Below, piece by piece: positions 1 to 10,005 of a stretch of 64,000 bases of DNA (the stretch's first letter is position 1; the number at the start of each line of letters is the position of its first letter). The notes below the pieces were generated by a model. It ran no database searches. It was not told the origin of the DNA and worked only from the letters and a program-made list of their open reading frames with translations. The position numbers and the translations under genes are program-made. The DNA is from Candidatus Latescibacterota bacterium (GTDB taxonomy: Bacteria > Latescibacterota > UBA2968). Where the stretch lies: NCBI GenBank assembly GCA_965198115.1, contig OZ240241.1, positions 4,000,001 to 4,064,000 of the forward strand, written 5' to 3'.

Positions 1-116
1 AAGACCGACACTTCCCCTCACATTCGTTCGGGGCAGGCTCGTGCTCAGTGTGACGGTGCTTTCCGAAACGTAAACCAACGCCACGCCTGCTCTCCTGCTC
101 GACAAGAGCGTACAGT

Positions 117-149
117 AAAAAGCCGCCGTAAACTGCTACGGCGGCTTTT
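117..149 (-). terminator. Intrinsic terminator (possibly bidirectional)
   Basis: AAAAGCCGCCGTA-aactgc-TACGGCGGCTTTT hairpin just downstream of the 170..781 minus-strand gene. Confidence 0.8.
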
Positions 150-169
150 CGCGACACCCTGAGTCTTCC

Positions 170-781
170 CTACATCTCGTTAGGAAAGTTTGGCCACGGC
201 GGGAACTTCTCCGCTATGGGCACGTTGACTGGCGAGCCCTGGGAGTCGTGGACGGTCGCTGGGTTCATATGTACGTGTTCTACCCGCCACTGTTCCGGGT
301 CATAGAGAATGCTTCGAGGACTTGGGCCCGAGGCCATCGTGGACGTGTCCGGTTGGAGTTGTGGAGCGGCCCCGGGCGCCATTCGCTGCCTGAGCAGCTC
401 CACCCTGTACTTCAGCCCGGTTGGCGACGACGGATCGGGCACGAGAGCCCCCGGGGGACAGACAAGCATCGTCGTCGTTGTGGGTCCTCCTGTCGTCATC
501 TGAGCGACTGAATACTGTAACGGGGTCGATAGACGGTGTGTCTGCCCCGATGCGGACCGAAAGGTGATGTCCAACGTTCCCAGGGTGGCAATGCCCGACC
601 CCGTAGTTGGTAACGTGACGGGCTGACCGGTTGACCCCGATAGCAAAGAAACGAACCCATAGATGGCTGGTGGCGCGGGCAGTTGCTCGAAGGGTGTTCC
701 CGGATTCGGGTTCGCACTTTGAACCCCTGCGGACAGCGACTGCGACAGGAAAAGTGTCAAGATCATAAAAAACGTTTTCAT
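170..781 (-). CDS. Secreted hypothetical protein (Pro/Thr-rich)
   Basis: 203-aa ORF, signal peptide MKTFFMILTLFLSQSLSA, GAGGAG RBS upstream, terminator downstream. Confidence 0.7.
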   Translation of the reverse strand: MKTFFMILTLFLSQSLSAGVQSANPNPGTPFEQLPAPPAIYGFVSLLSGSTGQPVTLPTTGSGIATLGTLDITFRSASGQTHRLSTPLQYSVAQMTTGGPTTTTMLVCPPGALVPDPSSPTGLKYRVELLRQRMAPGAAPQLQPDTSTMASGPSPRSILYDPEQWRVEHVHMNPATVHDSQGSPVNVPIAEKFPPWPNFPNEM

Positions 782-794
782 CGCGGAATCCTCC

Positions 795-1386
795 TCACCT
801 GCAGATCATAATTGGCCTGGCGTATTGATAGACCATCTGTCTGTCCTTGTAGAAACCCACCGTGGTCCAGGTACCCGGGCCGAGGTTTGGATGTGAAGGC
901 ACAGTCGCATCGATGAGCGCGTTCGTCCAAACCCTGTGCTGCATCGTCATCTTGAAGTCAGTACGCCGGTTGACCATCACGAGCTTGCCGTGCACCCCGG
1001 CCGTTTCCGAGGTTCGAACCTCTAATGACCAGCGAACTGCCACGCTGGGCACAAGGACCCGTTCGAGGTCTTACGCTGGTCATGACAGGGGATCGTTGTG
1101 GGGGCGCCGGTGCCGCCGGTGTCGTGGGACTTCCACCAGGCTGTTGCGTCTGAGGTGGGGGCGGTGGTGGAGGTGGTGCATACCGGCGGGAGCTGCTTTG
1201 CGAACGCTGGCGAGGTGGAGAACCTGGATCCCCCCCCTGCGCTGTCGGTCCTCCCCCGGGCGTCTGAGCAATCTCAGGATAGGTCCCAACGAAGTCGACT
1301 CGCATCGGAGACGGATTCCCCTGAGCATACAGAACGGCCGCCAAAACTCCGGCCAACAAGAAAATGAACAGTGTAACTCGGTGCAT
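795..1386 (-). pseudogene. Secreted Pro-rich protein with IPT/TIG-like domain, frameshifted near 995
   Basis: Signal peptide MHRVTLFIFLLAG, poly-Pro linker, SVRPRTG..GSSLVIRGSNLG; continues in another frame as ..WTNALIDATVP..; shift falls at a G run. Confidence 0.55.
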
Positions 1387-1519
1387 GAAACGATCCCTCC
1401 CAGCAAAGATTTCACTGCTGCGCGATCCTCTATGATATGGACGTTGGGACAATGACGCATTAAATGCTGTAAGGCCTGTCACAGCGATGACGTGGCCCTG
1501 GTCACAAATTTCGCTTTTT

Positions 1520-1693
1520 CTATCGCAAAAGTTCGATCAGGTCTATCGTCGTTTCCGTCACCACATCGCCTGCGGTCTTGCCCAGACTCATCGTCTCTTC
1601 GTACTCATCCTCCCGCCAATCTTCGGACGGAATCAGGTAGCCCAGCTCATCGTTCGCCAGACCCAATACCATACGGTAGTCAGACGACCGCAA
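1520..1693 (-). pseudogene. C-terminal gene remnant (ceramidase-like hypothetical family C-terminus)
   Basis: Manual translation LRSSDYRMVLGLANDELGYLIPSEDWREDEYEETMSLGKTAG..; no N-terminal part; below the ORF-track cutoff. Confidence 0.45.
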
Positions 1694-1818
1694 TCATCCA
1701 TCGTGGCATACACCGACCCTTTCCTTACCCACAGAATCGACTATCATGAACACCCATTGCGGCGGCGATCGTCGTCGCCCGCTCCCCCGCTCGCAGGAGG
1801 GCTCACCCGCTCGGCCTC

Positions 1819-2214
1819 ATGCTCGACGTCACCTGCGCCATCATCCAACGCCGCGACGGGAAGATACTCGCCGCCCAACGCTCGAGGAACTCACATCTCC
1901 CTCTCAAATGGGAATTCCCCGGGGGCAAAATCGACGAAGGCGAGGATCCTGAGGCGTGTATCGTTCGCGAGCTCGAGGAAGAACTCGGAATCACCGTTCG
2001 CGTCGTCGACCGTCTTGCGCCCAACATCCACCACTACGACGAGAAAAGCGTGCGCTTGATCCCTTTCTGGTGTGACATCCTACGAGGGCGCCCGACCTCA
2101 CTCGAGCACGAACAGATCGCGTGGGTCACCGTCGACGGCCTCGACGCCCTCGATTGGTGCGAGGCGGATCTGCCCATCGTAACGAGCGTCGTCCGTAGAG
2201 CCAGCGGATGCTGA
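1819..2214 (+). CDS. NUDIX hydrolase, MutT/NudG-like
   Basis: WEFPGGKIDEGEDPEACIVRELEEELG Nudix box. Confidence 0.92.
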   Translation: MLDVTCAIIQRRDGKILAAQRSRNSHLPLKWEFPGGKIDEGEDPEACIVRELEEELGITVRVVDRLAPNIHHYDEKSVRLIPFWCDILRGRPTSLEHEQIAWVTVDGLDALDWCEADLPIVTSVVRRASGC

Positions 2215-3380
2215 CCGTCACGAAAGACCGCGTGCTACCCACCACCATCGTCGGATCGTATCCGCGACCGTTGTGGTACCGCGAAAGCCTGCGCGGACGT
2301 CCGTTCAAGGTCGCCCTCGCCGACGCCGTCTTCCGCGAGCAATACCTCGACGCGGTCGCCTGCATCCTCAACGATCAGGAACGCGCCGGGCTCGACATCC
2401 TGACCGACGGCGACGCTCGCTTCGACCAGGACGTCGGCGGACGTTCCTGGTTCTTCTATCCTCTCGAACGGATAAACGGTGTCAACGGCCATCGGGATCG
2501 GGCCCCCGGTTGGTCCAGCCGAATGGATCTTCGCCCTGGACAGATCCTCTGGGAGGTCCAGGAAGCCTACCAGGCACCCGTCGCGACAGAAAGATTGACG
2601 GCAGGCCCCATCGAATACGCCAGCGTCTGGCAGACCGCCCAGCGGATGTCGTCCCGCCCGGTCAAATTCGGGTCGATCAGCGCGCAGACCCTCCCCAGTA
2701 TGCTCTGGAACGAAGCCTACGGGGACGACCGCGAAATGATCCTCGACCTCGCCGACATTATGAACGCGGAACTGCGAGCCGTCGCCGAAGCCGGCTGCAA
2801 GGTCATTCAGATCGAAGAACCCCTGCACCACTTCCTGTCGCTCAACCCTGCGACGACCGACGAACAGCTGCAATTCATGAGCGACGCATTCAACCGCGAA
2901 ATCGACGGTGTCGAAGCCGAAATCTGGGTCCACACGTGCTGGGGAAACCCGAATCAGCAGGCCCTCTTTTGGGACCGACCGTCCTACGAACGCGCCATCC
3001 CCTACCTTCTTCAGTTGAACGCCGACGTCATCACCTTCGAATGCGCCAGCACCTTCGGAAAGGACCTTCACCTCTTCCCTCAACACGAGACGACCAAGAA
3101 GATCGCCATCGGCGTCGTCAACCACACCAACACCACCGTTGAACCCACGGATCGCGTTAGCAACCTGATTCGCAAGGCCCTCGACCACATTCCCCCCGAA
3201 CGACTCGTCATCACCACCGATTGCGGATTCGGACGCGAAGGCCTGTCACGCCGCATCGCGTTCTACAAATGCGTCGCCCTCGTCGAGGGGACCAACGTCA
3301 TCCGCCGCGAGCTCGGCCTCCCCGAGGCCGAAGTCAGGGCTTCCGACCCATCGCTCTCTTTCACTCGGCCATCGAAATGA
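2208..3380 (+). CDS. Cobalamin-independent methionine synthase II family protein
   Basis: PTTIVGSYPRP N-terminus, HTCWGN and TDCG zinc ligands. Confidence 0.88.
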   Translation: MLTVTKDRVLPTTIVGSYPRPLWYRESLRGRPFKVALADAVFREQYLDAVACILNDQERAGLDILTDGDARFDQDVGGRSWFFYPLERINGVNGHRDRAPGWSSRMDLRPGQILWEVQEAYQAPVATERLTAGPIEYASVWQTAQRMSSRPVKFGSISAQTLPSMLWNEAYGDDREMILDLADIMNAELRAVAEAGCKVIQIEEPLHHFLSLNPATTDEQLQFMSDAFNREIDGVEAEIWVHTCWGNPNQQALFWDRPSYERAIPYLLQLNADVITFECASTFGKDLHLFPQHETTKKIAIGVVNHTNTTVEPTDRVSNLIRKALDHIPPERLVITTDCGFGREGLSRRIAFYKCVALVEGTNVIRRELGLPEAEVRASDPSLSFTRPSK

Positions 3381-4225
3381 TCCTCGGACTCTCATCACCC
3401 ACCTACAGCGGCGTATCGCCCGCCGACAAACCCCTGATGTGGCTTCTCGATCGGTGCGTCGACTATGGCTTCAAAGCACTCGAAGCCTCGCTCCCACTGT
3501 CAGGAACCGATGATCCAACCGAGGTTAAAGAGAAAGCGGCCGACCTGGCCATCACCTTCGTCGGCTACTGGAGCGAAGACTTCGTCACCCCGGAGGGGGG
3601 CGGCGCCGGTCTCCTCGATCTGGCACGCCGTACCCTCGACGTCGCCGCACAGTGTGGCGTCGGCACCGTCGTCGCGTTCGGCAGCGGCAGCAAGCACAAC
3701 CGCTTCACCAACGATCCCCCGCTCGATCAACAGCTGACGATCGTCGCCGACCATCTTGGCCCCGTTGCCGAAGAGGCGGCCAGCCGCAATCTCCGGATTG
3801 CCCTCCTGCCGCATCTCGATTACCGCGGCCACGAGATGCTCACCGTCGCCCAGCGCATCGATCACGCCACGTTCAAAATGGCGTTCGACACGACCAATCC
3901 GTTTCCCGTGTGCGAGGAGCCCGTCGATGCCGCCCGCGCCGTGCTGCCCCACGCGATCGCCGTCGCCATCAAAGACGTGCAGATCTTCCCTCATCGCTCG
4001 AACGACGTCACCATCTGGGGCACGCCCATCGGACAGGGCTCCGTCGACTTCGACACGATCTTCGACCTGATGCGCACCGAGTTGCCTGAATCGGACACGA
4101 CAACCGTCTGCGTCAAGCTCCGGCTCCCTCCGGATAGCTCTGACCACGACAGCTGGATGAAGAGCAGCCTGGATTACCTCTCGTCACATACAGGGTTCCA
4201 GGCATTGATGAATAAGATCGGATAA
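3377..4225 (+). CDS. Sugar phosphate isomerase/epimerase (TIM barrel) family protein
   Basis: ATGA overlap with the upstream stop; FDTTN, IKD and PIGQGSVDF motifs. Confidence 0.8.
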   Translation: MILGLSSPTYSGVSPADKPLMWLLDRCVDYGFKALEASLPLSGTDDPTEVKEKAADLAITFVGYWSEDFVTPEGGGAGLLDLARRTLDVAAQCGVGTVVAFGSGSKHNRFTNDPPLDQQLTIVADHLGPVAEEAASRNLRIALLPHLDYRGHEMLTVAQRIDHATFKMAFDTTNPFPVCEEPVDAARAVLPHAIAVAIKDVQIFPHRSNDVTIWGTPIGQGSVDFDTIFDLMRTELPESDTTTVCVKLRLPPDSSDHDSWMKSSLDYLSSHTGFQALMNKIG

Positions 4226-4374
4226 TGCGCTACGCATTTCCTAGTTTATGTAGAATGAAGCGAGGGACTCTAAGGTCCATCGCTAACTGTGAATAGAGAA
4301 TCTCGTAGGCTTCGCCGTCATCTCCTGGGCCGCCGCCTTCGGTCTCTCGCTCCCCCACATCGAGTAGCCACGCT

Positions 4375-5145
4375 ATGTTCAATCTTCAATCTTCATTGTT
4401 CAATACCTACGAATGGACCCCCGCCCATCGCGAGAAGATGGACCGAGACGGTCACCTCGTCTTCCCCGGTCTGCTGACGAAAGAAGCGCAGGGTCAACTG
4501 ACGGAATCGTTGAATCGTATTCTGGCGATGTCCCGGTCGGAGGGTCAGGGACCCAAACCGACGAGTATGTATGCCGCCGAATACGACCCCTATCTGGAGA
4601 GCCTCATCGCGCATCCCCAGATGGTCGAGCTGGCCAAGCACGTTCTCGGTGACGACCTGCGCTACGATCACTGCGTCTCTCTCATCAGGCCGGGCGGCAA
4701 CGGGGGATCGGGCTGGCACACCCACGGTTATGGAGACGAGCGACCCGAGCTCGGATTCGTCCGCATCTTTTTTTACGTGAATGGATTCGAACCGGGCGAC
4801 GGAGGGCTAAAGGCGGTTCCCGGCAGCCACCTCTATCGGCGAGTCGGTATCCGCTCGAGCTTCGACGATAACGAGATGTGGGCCGCGTGGGGACAGGACC
4901 GAACTCACCCTGCGACTGGAGAGCCAATGGAAGTGGAAAATCTGACGGCGCCACCCGGCACCGTCGCGTTGATGTGGACCCACGCCCTCCACGCCGTCAC
5001 CCCGCGCAAAGCCAACAGCGACACGCGATGGTGCGTCGTCTACGCGTATCGCAATCCAGGCGAAGGATCTGCCGCCCGCCGGATCAGCTTTCCATTCGAG
5101 GAGAAGTGCCGGAAGACGATGGGCACCTTCGCCAATCTCTATTGA
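4375..5145 (+). CDS. Phytanoyl-CoA dioxygenase (PhyH) family protein
   Basis: GWHTH, GGLKAVPGSHL and LHAV motifs. Confidence 0.85.
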   Translation: MFNLQSSLFNTYEWTPAHREKMDRDGHLVFPGLLTKEAQGQLTESLNRILAMSRSEGQGPKPTSMYAAEYDPYLESLIAHPQMVELAKHVLGDDLRYDHCVSLIRPGGNGGSGWHTHGYGDERPELGFVRIFFYVNGFEPGDGGLKAVPGSHLYRRVGIRSSFDDNEMWAAWGQDRTHPATGEPMEVENLTAPPGTVALMWTHALHAVTPRKANSDTRWCVVYAYRNPGEGSAARRISFPFEEKCRKTMGTFANLY

Positions 5146-5173
5146 AACGGCGATTTCTGTGCAAGACCTTAAC

Positions 5174-5196
5174 AGTGGCCTCGGGGCCACTTTTTT
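5174..5196 (+). terminator. Intrinsic terminator
   Basis: AGTGGCC-tcgg-GGCCACT followed by a T run. Confidence 0.75.
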
Positions 5197-5316
5197 AAGT
5201 TATTGATTCTAAATGTTTTATAGATTAGACCCGTCACAAACAGTTATCGACCCAGCTGGTCAGTGGTCATCTGTCATTGGTCACTGGTCAATGCCAGGGC
5301 TTTTCTGGAGTCTTCA

Positions 5317-5661
5317 ATGCCCTTTCTCTACCACATTACCTCCTCCGGCGCCTGGCTCGATCAGAAGGCTACCGGCCACTTCACCGACCCTTCTCTCGAA
5401 CGTGAGGGTTTCATTCACAGCTCACACAAGAACCAGATCGTTGGCGTCGCCGACAGAATCTTCGAGGGGCGGGTGGATCTCGTCATCCTCTGCATCGATC
5501 TGGACCGGCTTGAGTCACAGGTGAAGGAGGAAGACAGCCACGGTCACGGTATCTACCCACACATCTTCGGTCCGATCAACACCGACGCCGTCACCGATGC
5601 CGTGGCTTTCCCGCCCGATGACGCCCGGCGCTTTTCACTACCTGACGGACTCCCTGAATGA
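5317..5661 (+). CDS. DUF952 family protein
   Basis: LYHIT..SLEREGFIHSS..YPHIFGPIN; GGAG RBS before ATG 5317. Confidence 0.88.
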   Translation: MPFLYHITSSGAWLDQKATGHFTDPSLEREGFIHSSHKNQIVGVADRIFEGRVDLVILCIDLDRLESQVKEEDSHGHGIYPHIFGPINTDAVTDAVAFPPDDARRFSLPDGLPE

Positions 5662-6351
5662 AGCCCGTCCTCATCGTCATATCCGCCGACCAGGAGTGGT
5701 CGGTGGTCCGCGAGCGATTCAAAGCCGCATCGGTTGACACATCGCCTTACGGAGAGTGGTTCGAGCTTCGCCTGCCAGATGTTGAAACACCCCTCACCTT
5801 CTTCCACGGCGGGTGGGGCAAGATCGCGGCGGCTGCGAGCGCACAGTGGGCGATCGACACGTTCCGACCCGATGTACTCCTCAATCTGGGCACGTGCGGA
5901 GGGTTTGAAGGCGACGTCGAGCGGGGCCAGCTCATTCCTCGTGGAACGGACGATCGTCTACGATATCGTCGAACAGATGCTCGACGAGGAGGATGCTGAC
6001 GATTACTACGGGTCCGAAATAGACGTCGACTGGCTGAAGACGCCTTTTCCGCAGGAGGTCACAAGAGCCGTAATGGTCTCTGGCAATCGTGATATCGTGC
6101 CGTCGGACATTCCCGGATTGAAGCGCGACTTCGGCGCCGTCTGCGGCGACTGGGAATCCGCATCGATCGCGTGGGTCGCGAGGCACAACGACGTGAGGTG
6201 TCTGATTCTGCGGGGCGTGTCGGACGTGGTCGGAGAGGAGGGAAGCGAGGCCTACGGGAACGTGGCGCACTTCGAGGAAGGTGCGGCGATCGTCCTCAAC
6301 GGGTTGCTCGATCACCTTGCAGAATGGCTCAAGTGCGCGGGGGTTGAGTAA
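5658..6351 (+). pseudogene. MTA/SAH nucleosidase family (PNP_UDP_1), frameshift near 5935
   Basis: GWGKIAAA..LLNLGTCGG in one frame; DWESASIAWV..ILRGVSD in the other. Confidence 0.8.
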
Positions 6352-6420
6352 AAACGTCTGTTGCGTCCCTGTACTAAGCACAAACGCATTGTTTTTCAAA
6401 ATATATAATGCGTCACGCTC

Positions 6421-6449
6421 GCCCTCGTGCTCCGCACGAGGGCGCTTTT
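6421..6449. terminator. Hairpin between convergent genes
   Basis: GCCCTCGTGC-tcc-GCACGAGGGC followed by gctttt. Confidence 0.6.
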
Positions 6450-6492
6450 CCGCTTACGAAGGTTGTCGTGTTCTGCACGGCGACTCATTGCA

Positions 6493-7440
6493 TCAGACCA
6501 ACTCCCCCAGAAGATCGCGCCAGCTCGTTCGCTCCAACTCCGGGTCGACAATCCAGGCCTGGTTCTCGCACGCGGCAACGAGCGAGTCGTAGTAGCCTCG
6601 ATCCTCCTCGACCCGTCGCAGGAGATTCGTCAACGCGCTTGTGTCTCCAACAGGGAAGAACCCGGGGTAGGAGGGTCCTATCATCCCGATCGACCCGGAG
6701 ATACGCGAAGACAGGACGGGCACACCACACGCAAGGGCCTCCGACACGACGTTCGCACCGCCCTCCATCTTCGACGTCAGGACCAATAGCCGGCTTCGGG
6801 ACAGTACCTGCAACGCCCTCCACCTTGGATATTCCCCCCGCCAATCGTAGCGGTCATTCCGTCGCGTCAGCGTTTGCGCCCGATGCTTCATCCCCTCGGT
6901 GAGCGCGCTGCCGATGTGGGTCACCACGATTTTCGATGTCTTCGGGAGTTGCCGAACGGCTGCTTCCGTTCGAAACGGATCCTTCACGGGACGAAGGTGC
7001 CCCATCACACAGACTTCGAAGACCCTCCGCCTGGGGGTCGCGGGTTTGGGTCAGGTGCAGGATTGATAAATGACACGAGCCCGGGATCGCAAACGTCTGG
7101 GCAACTCCTTGATCCCGTCGGGCTGCAGCAGGACGAAACGATCCGCCAGGTCGAGGGACGCCTTCGCCCGGTCGCTCTTGTGGATATCTCCGTAAAGATC
7201 CGTGCCCGTCAGTGCGAGAATCAACGGGCGATCCGGATGACGCTCTCGAAAAGCGCGTATCGAGCGGTGGCTACGCCGAGCGTGAAGGGCCAAACAGACA
7301 TCGTAGTCCCCGGTATCATACCGAGTCGCGACGTTCACGCGATGTCCCAGGTTCCACAGGATGCGGGCCCAGCGGCTCGCCGTAATGCGGTTCCCTTTTC
7401 GCGATCCACGGGGAGCCGGTGTAATCAGGTTGATCTTCAC
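6493..7440 (-). CDS. senB: Selenosugar synthase SenB (TIGR04348-type glycosyltransferase) with in-frame TGA at codon 130
   Basis: GTG start overlaps the senA stop; GNRITASRW, ALHARRS, LTGTDLY, GHLRPVKDP and MEGGANV motifs; the two ORF-track halves are in frame across TGA 7051-7053. Confidence 0.88.
7021..7039 (-). promoter_or_regulatory. Candidate SECIS-like hairpin in senB
   Basis: TGA + 11 nt + GACCCCC-AGGC-GG(A)GGGTC. Confidence 0.3.
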
Positions 7441-8744
7441 GTTTCCTGCGCGCAGGTGCGAAAGCCGACCCAGATATCCTGCCGGTCGGGGGTCTGGAAG
7501 TTTCGATAGTTCGTCCGGATCAGCCGCGAACGCGTCGCCCAGCACCCGCCGCGCATCGACTTCTGCGTCTCGAACCACGGTTCGGAGTATTCCTTGTAGG
7601 GGTCGGGCACGAACGCCGGAAACGGCAGGAACGCGTCACTCGTCCACTCCCACAGGTTCCCGATCATCTGACGACAACCCACCCCGCTGTCGCCCGACGA
7701 AAGTGCACCCACGGCGACGCACCCCATCGCGCCCCAATCCAGGTTGGCCTTGTCGGCGGACGGCCCCTCGTCACCCCAGGGAAAGCGCGGCTTCGATTCG
7801 GAATGCGTCTGGCCAGCGGTCGACGAAGCAGCAGCCTCCCATTCAGCCTCCGTCGGCAATCGACGACCCGCCCACCGACAATACGCGTTTGCCTCGAACC
7901 AATTCACGTGAATCACGGGCAGGTGGGGCTCCAGATCGACCCAGCGATCGAAATCCTTCCGAAGCCAGCCACCCTCCTTCTTCCAATACACAGGATGTTC
8001 TGAAGCGGCTGATTCACGCCACGCCCAACCTTCGTCGCACCACCATTCCCTTCGCTCATAGCCACCCTCTTCCACGAACGCGAGATAGGCCGACTGTGTG
8101 ACCGGCGTTTTCGAGATCGTGAAAGACTCGAGCTCAACGGGGTGCGCCCACTTCTCATTGTCGAACACGAACGGCTCGTCCCGCGTGGAGCCGAGCCAGA
8201 ATGTTCCGCCCTCCACGTCTACGTCACCGGGAACATCACCGCCATCGCTTTCTCCGACCTCACCGATGGCATCCGTAAACGTCGGTGCCGGATAGCCGTG
8301 TGTCTGGCGCGTGTAGGTGTGCGCCTCCGTGTGCATATCTTCGTGAAGTGTCGTATACAGCGCGTGATAGATAACCTCATCGGGCACGTTGGGCACACTC
8401 AGCGCTTCGATGGTGCGGTCACGCACCTCACGCATATAGGCCAACGTCTCGGCACGAGATGGCAGGAGAAGATCCCATCGCGTGTCGTGGGCAATCGCGA
8501 TCGAATCGTAGAGCGCATCCTCGTCCTCGCGCAGTGGCTCCTGACCACACGCCTCTCGCAGAACCCAACGCGACTGGAACCAGGCGTGATGGCCGATCTC
8601 CCAGAGTGGCGGATTGACGATCGACAGCTCGGGTCCCATCATCTGCTCGTCGGTCAGGTCCACGACCAGATCGAGCGTTCTCTGACGGGCGTCGACCACC
8701 CACTCGGCGAGCAGCTCTGGAGGGAAGTGTTCTGATAAAGACAT
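7437..8744 (-). CDS. senA: Selenoneine synthase SenA (EgtB-like: DinB + FGE-sulfatase domains)
   Basis: VNPPLWEIGHHAWFQ, HEDMHTE, RRLPTEAEWE and GFRTC motifs; adjacent to senB and selD. Confidence 0.9.
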   Translation of the reverse strand: MSLSEHFPPELLAEWVVDARQRTLDLVVDLTDEQMMGPELSIVNPPLWEIGHHAWFQSRWVLREACGQEPLREDEDALYDSIAIAHDTRWDLLLPSRAETLAYMREVRDRTIEALSVPNVPDEVIYHALYTTLHEDMHTEAHTYTRQTHGYPAPTFTDAIGEVGESDGGDVPGDVDVEGGTFWLGSTRDEPFVFDNEKWAHPVELESFTISKTPVTQSAYLAFVEEGGYERREWWCDEGWAWRESAASEHPVYWKKEGGWLRKDFDRWVDLEPHLPVIHVNWFEANAYCRWAGRRLPTEAEWEAAASSTAGQTHSESKPRFPWGDEGPSADKANLDWGAMGCVAVGALSSGDSGVGCRQMIGNLWEWTSDAFLPFPAFVPDPYKEYSEPWFETQKSMRGGCWATRSRLIRTNYRNFQTPDRQDIWVGFRTCAQET

Positions 8745-8878
8745 TGGCAAACTCCCAGGATGCCCCAATATCCAGCCCACTCAGACCTCCCGCAAGGTGG
8801 TATCTTCGGTTGCCACACCGGGTGTTTGCCCGTAGTCTTAGGCCGTCACGTCGAACCTGCCAGCCGTTTGGAGACACA

Positions 8879-9931
8879 GTGGCACTGCTATCTCGAAAGA
8901 AGACCCTCACGAGCCTCGCCAAAACCTGCGGCTGAGCGGCCAAAGTCAGTCCGGTCGGACTGGGGAAACTGCTCGAAGCCTTGCCGAAGGTCCACGATCC
9001 CAACCTGCTCGTCGGGTTCGAAACCTCCGATGACGCCGGGATCTACAAGCTCAACGACGAACAGGCCGTCGTCGTCACCGCGGATTTCATCACGCCTCCA
9101 GTAGACGACCCGTTCGTGTTCGGCCAGATCGGCGCGGCTAATTCCCTGAGCGATGTCTACGCGATGGGGGGGCGACCCGTCACCTGCCTGAACCTGGTCG
9201 GATTCCCGTCCAAGGCGCTGGACGAGGAGATCCTTCACGGCATCGTCGAGGGAGCGCTCAGAAAAATCACGGAATCTGGGGCCGTCCTCGCCGGCGGTCA
9301 TACGACGGACGACGAGGAGCCGAAATTTGGTCTCTCTGTGACGGGTATCGTTCATCCCGAGCGCTACTGGAAAAACGCCGGCGCCCAACCAGGCGACGCG
9401 CTGGTCCTGACCAAACCGATCGGCAGCGGCGTCCTGTTCAACGCCAACCTCAAGGGCTGGGTCTCCGATGGCGCGCTCGCGGCGTGCCTCGACACCATCA
9501 TCACGCTGAACAAAACAGCCTGCGAGATCGCGCAGGAATTCGACATCCACGCCGCCACGGACATCACCGGATTCGGCCTCGCCGGTCACGGCCTCGAAAT
9601 GGCTGAAGGATCGGGCGTCACACTCAACATAAGGGTGTCAGACGTCCCCTTGATGGCCGAAGCCCTCGCGATGTATGAAAAAGGGATGACCACCGGCGTC
9701 AACGGCGAGAACCGGCGCCTCGTCCAGGATCACATCGCCTTCGAGTCCGGAATCCCGGCCTGGCACGAGGAAATCTTCATCGATCCCCAAACCAGCGGCG
9801 GCCTCCTCCTCTCCGTCGACGGCAACCAGGTCGACGCCCTCCTCGCACGGCTTCAGGGCGCCGGTGTCGAATCCGCAACCCTCATCGGCAAGGTGACTGC
9901 AAAGGAGGACGTCTACCTCCGGTTCGTTTGA
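8879..9931 (+). CDS. selD: Selenide, water dikinase (SelD/SenC), selenocysteine-containing (U19)
   Basis: GGAG RBS, GTG start, LTSLAKTCG-TGA-AAK, DDAG, DFITP, ANSLSDVYAMGG and DPQTSGGLL motifs. Confidence 0.95.
8947..8962 (+). promoter_or_regulatory. SECIS element of selD
   Basis: TGA (8933-8935) + 11 nt + CAGTCC-GGTC-GGACTG perfect stem with a G-starting loop. Confidence 0.85.
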
Positions 9932-10005
9932 TCGGATGCGGTCAGTGCGTTATCGATCTACCACGCCGCACTGGGCGAACAGCCGTCGGCCCCTACGGGT
10001 AATCG

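Noticed and set aside
5196-5215. dif/Xer-like TAAGT..TTG motifs (also near 25652 and 52620)
   Set aside because: Too short and degenerate to call without a profile search
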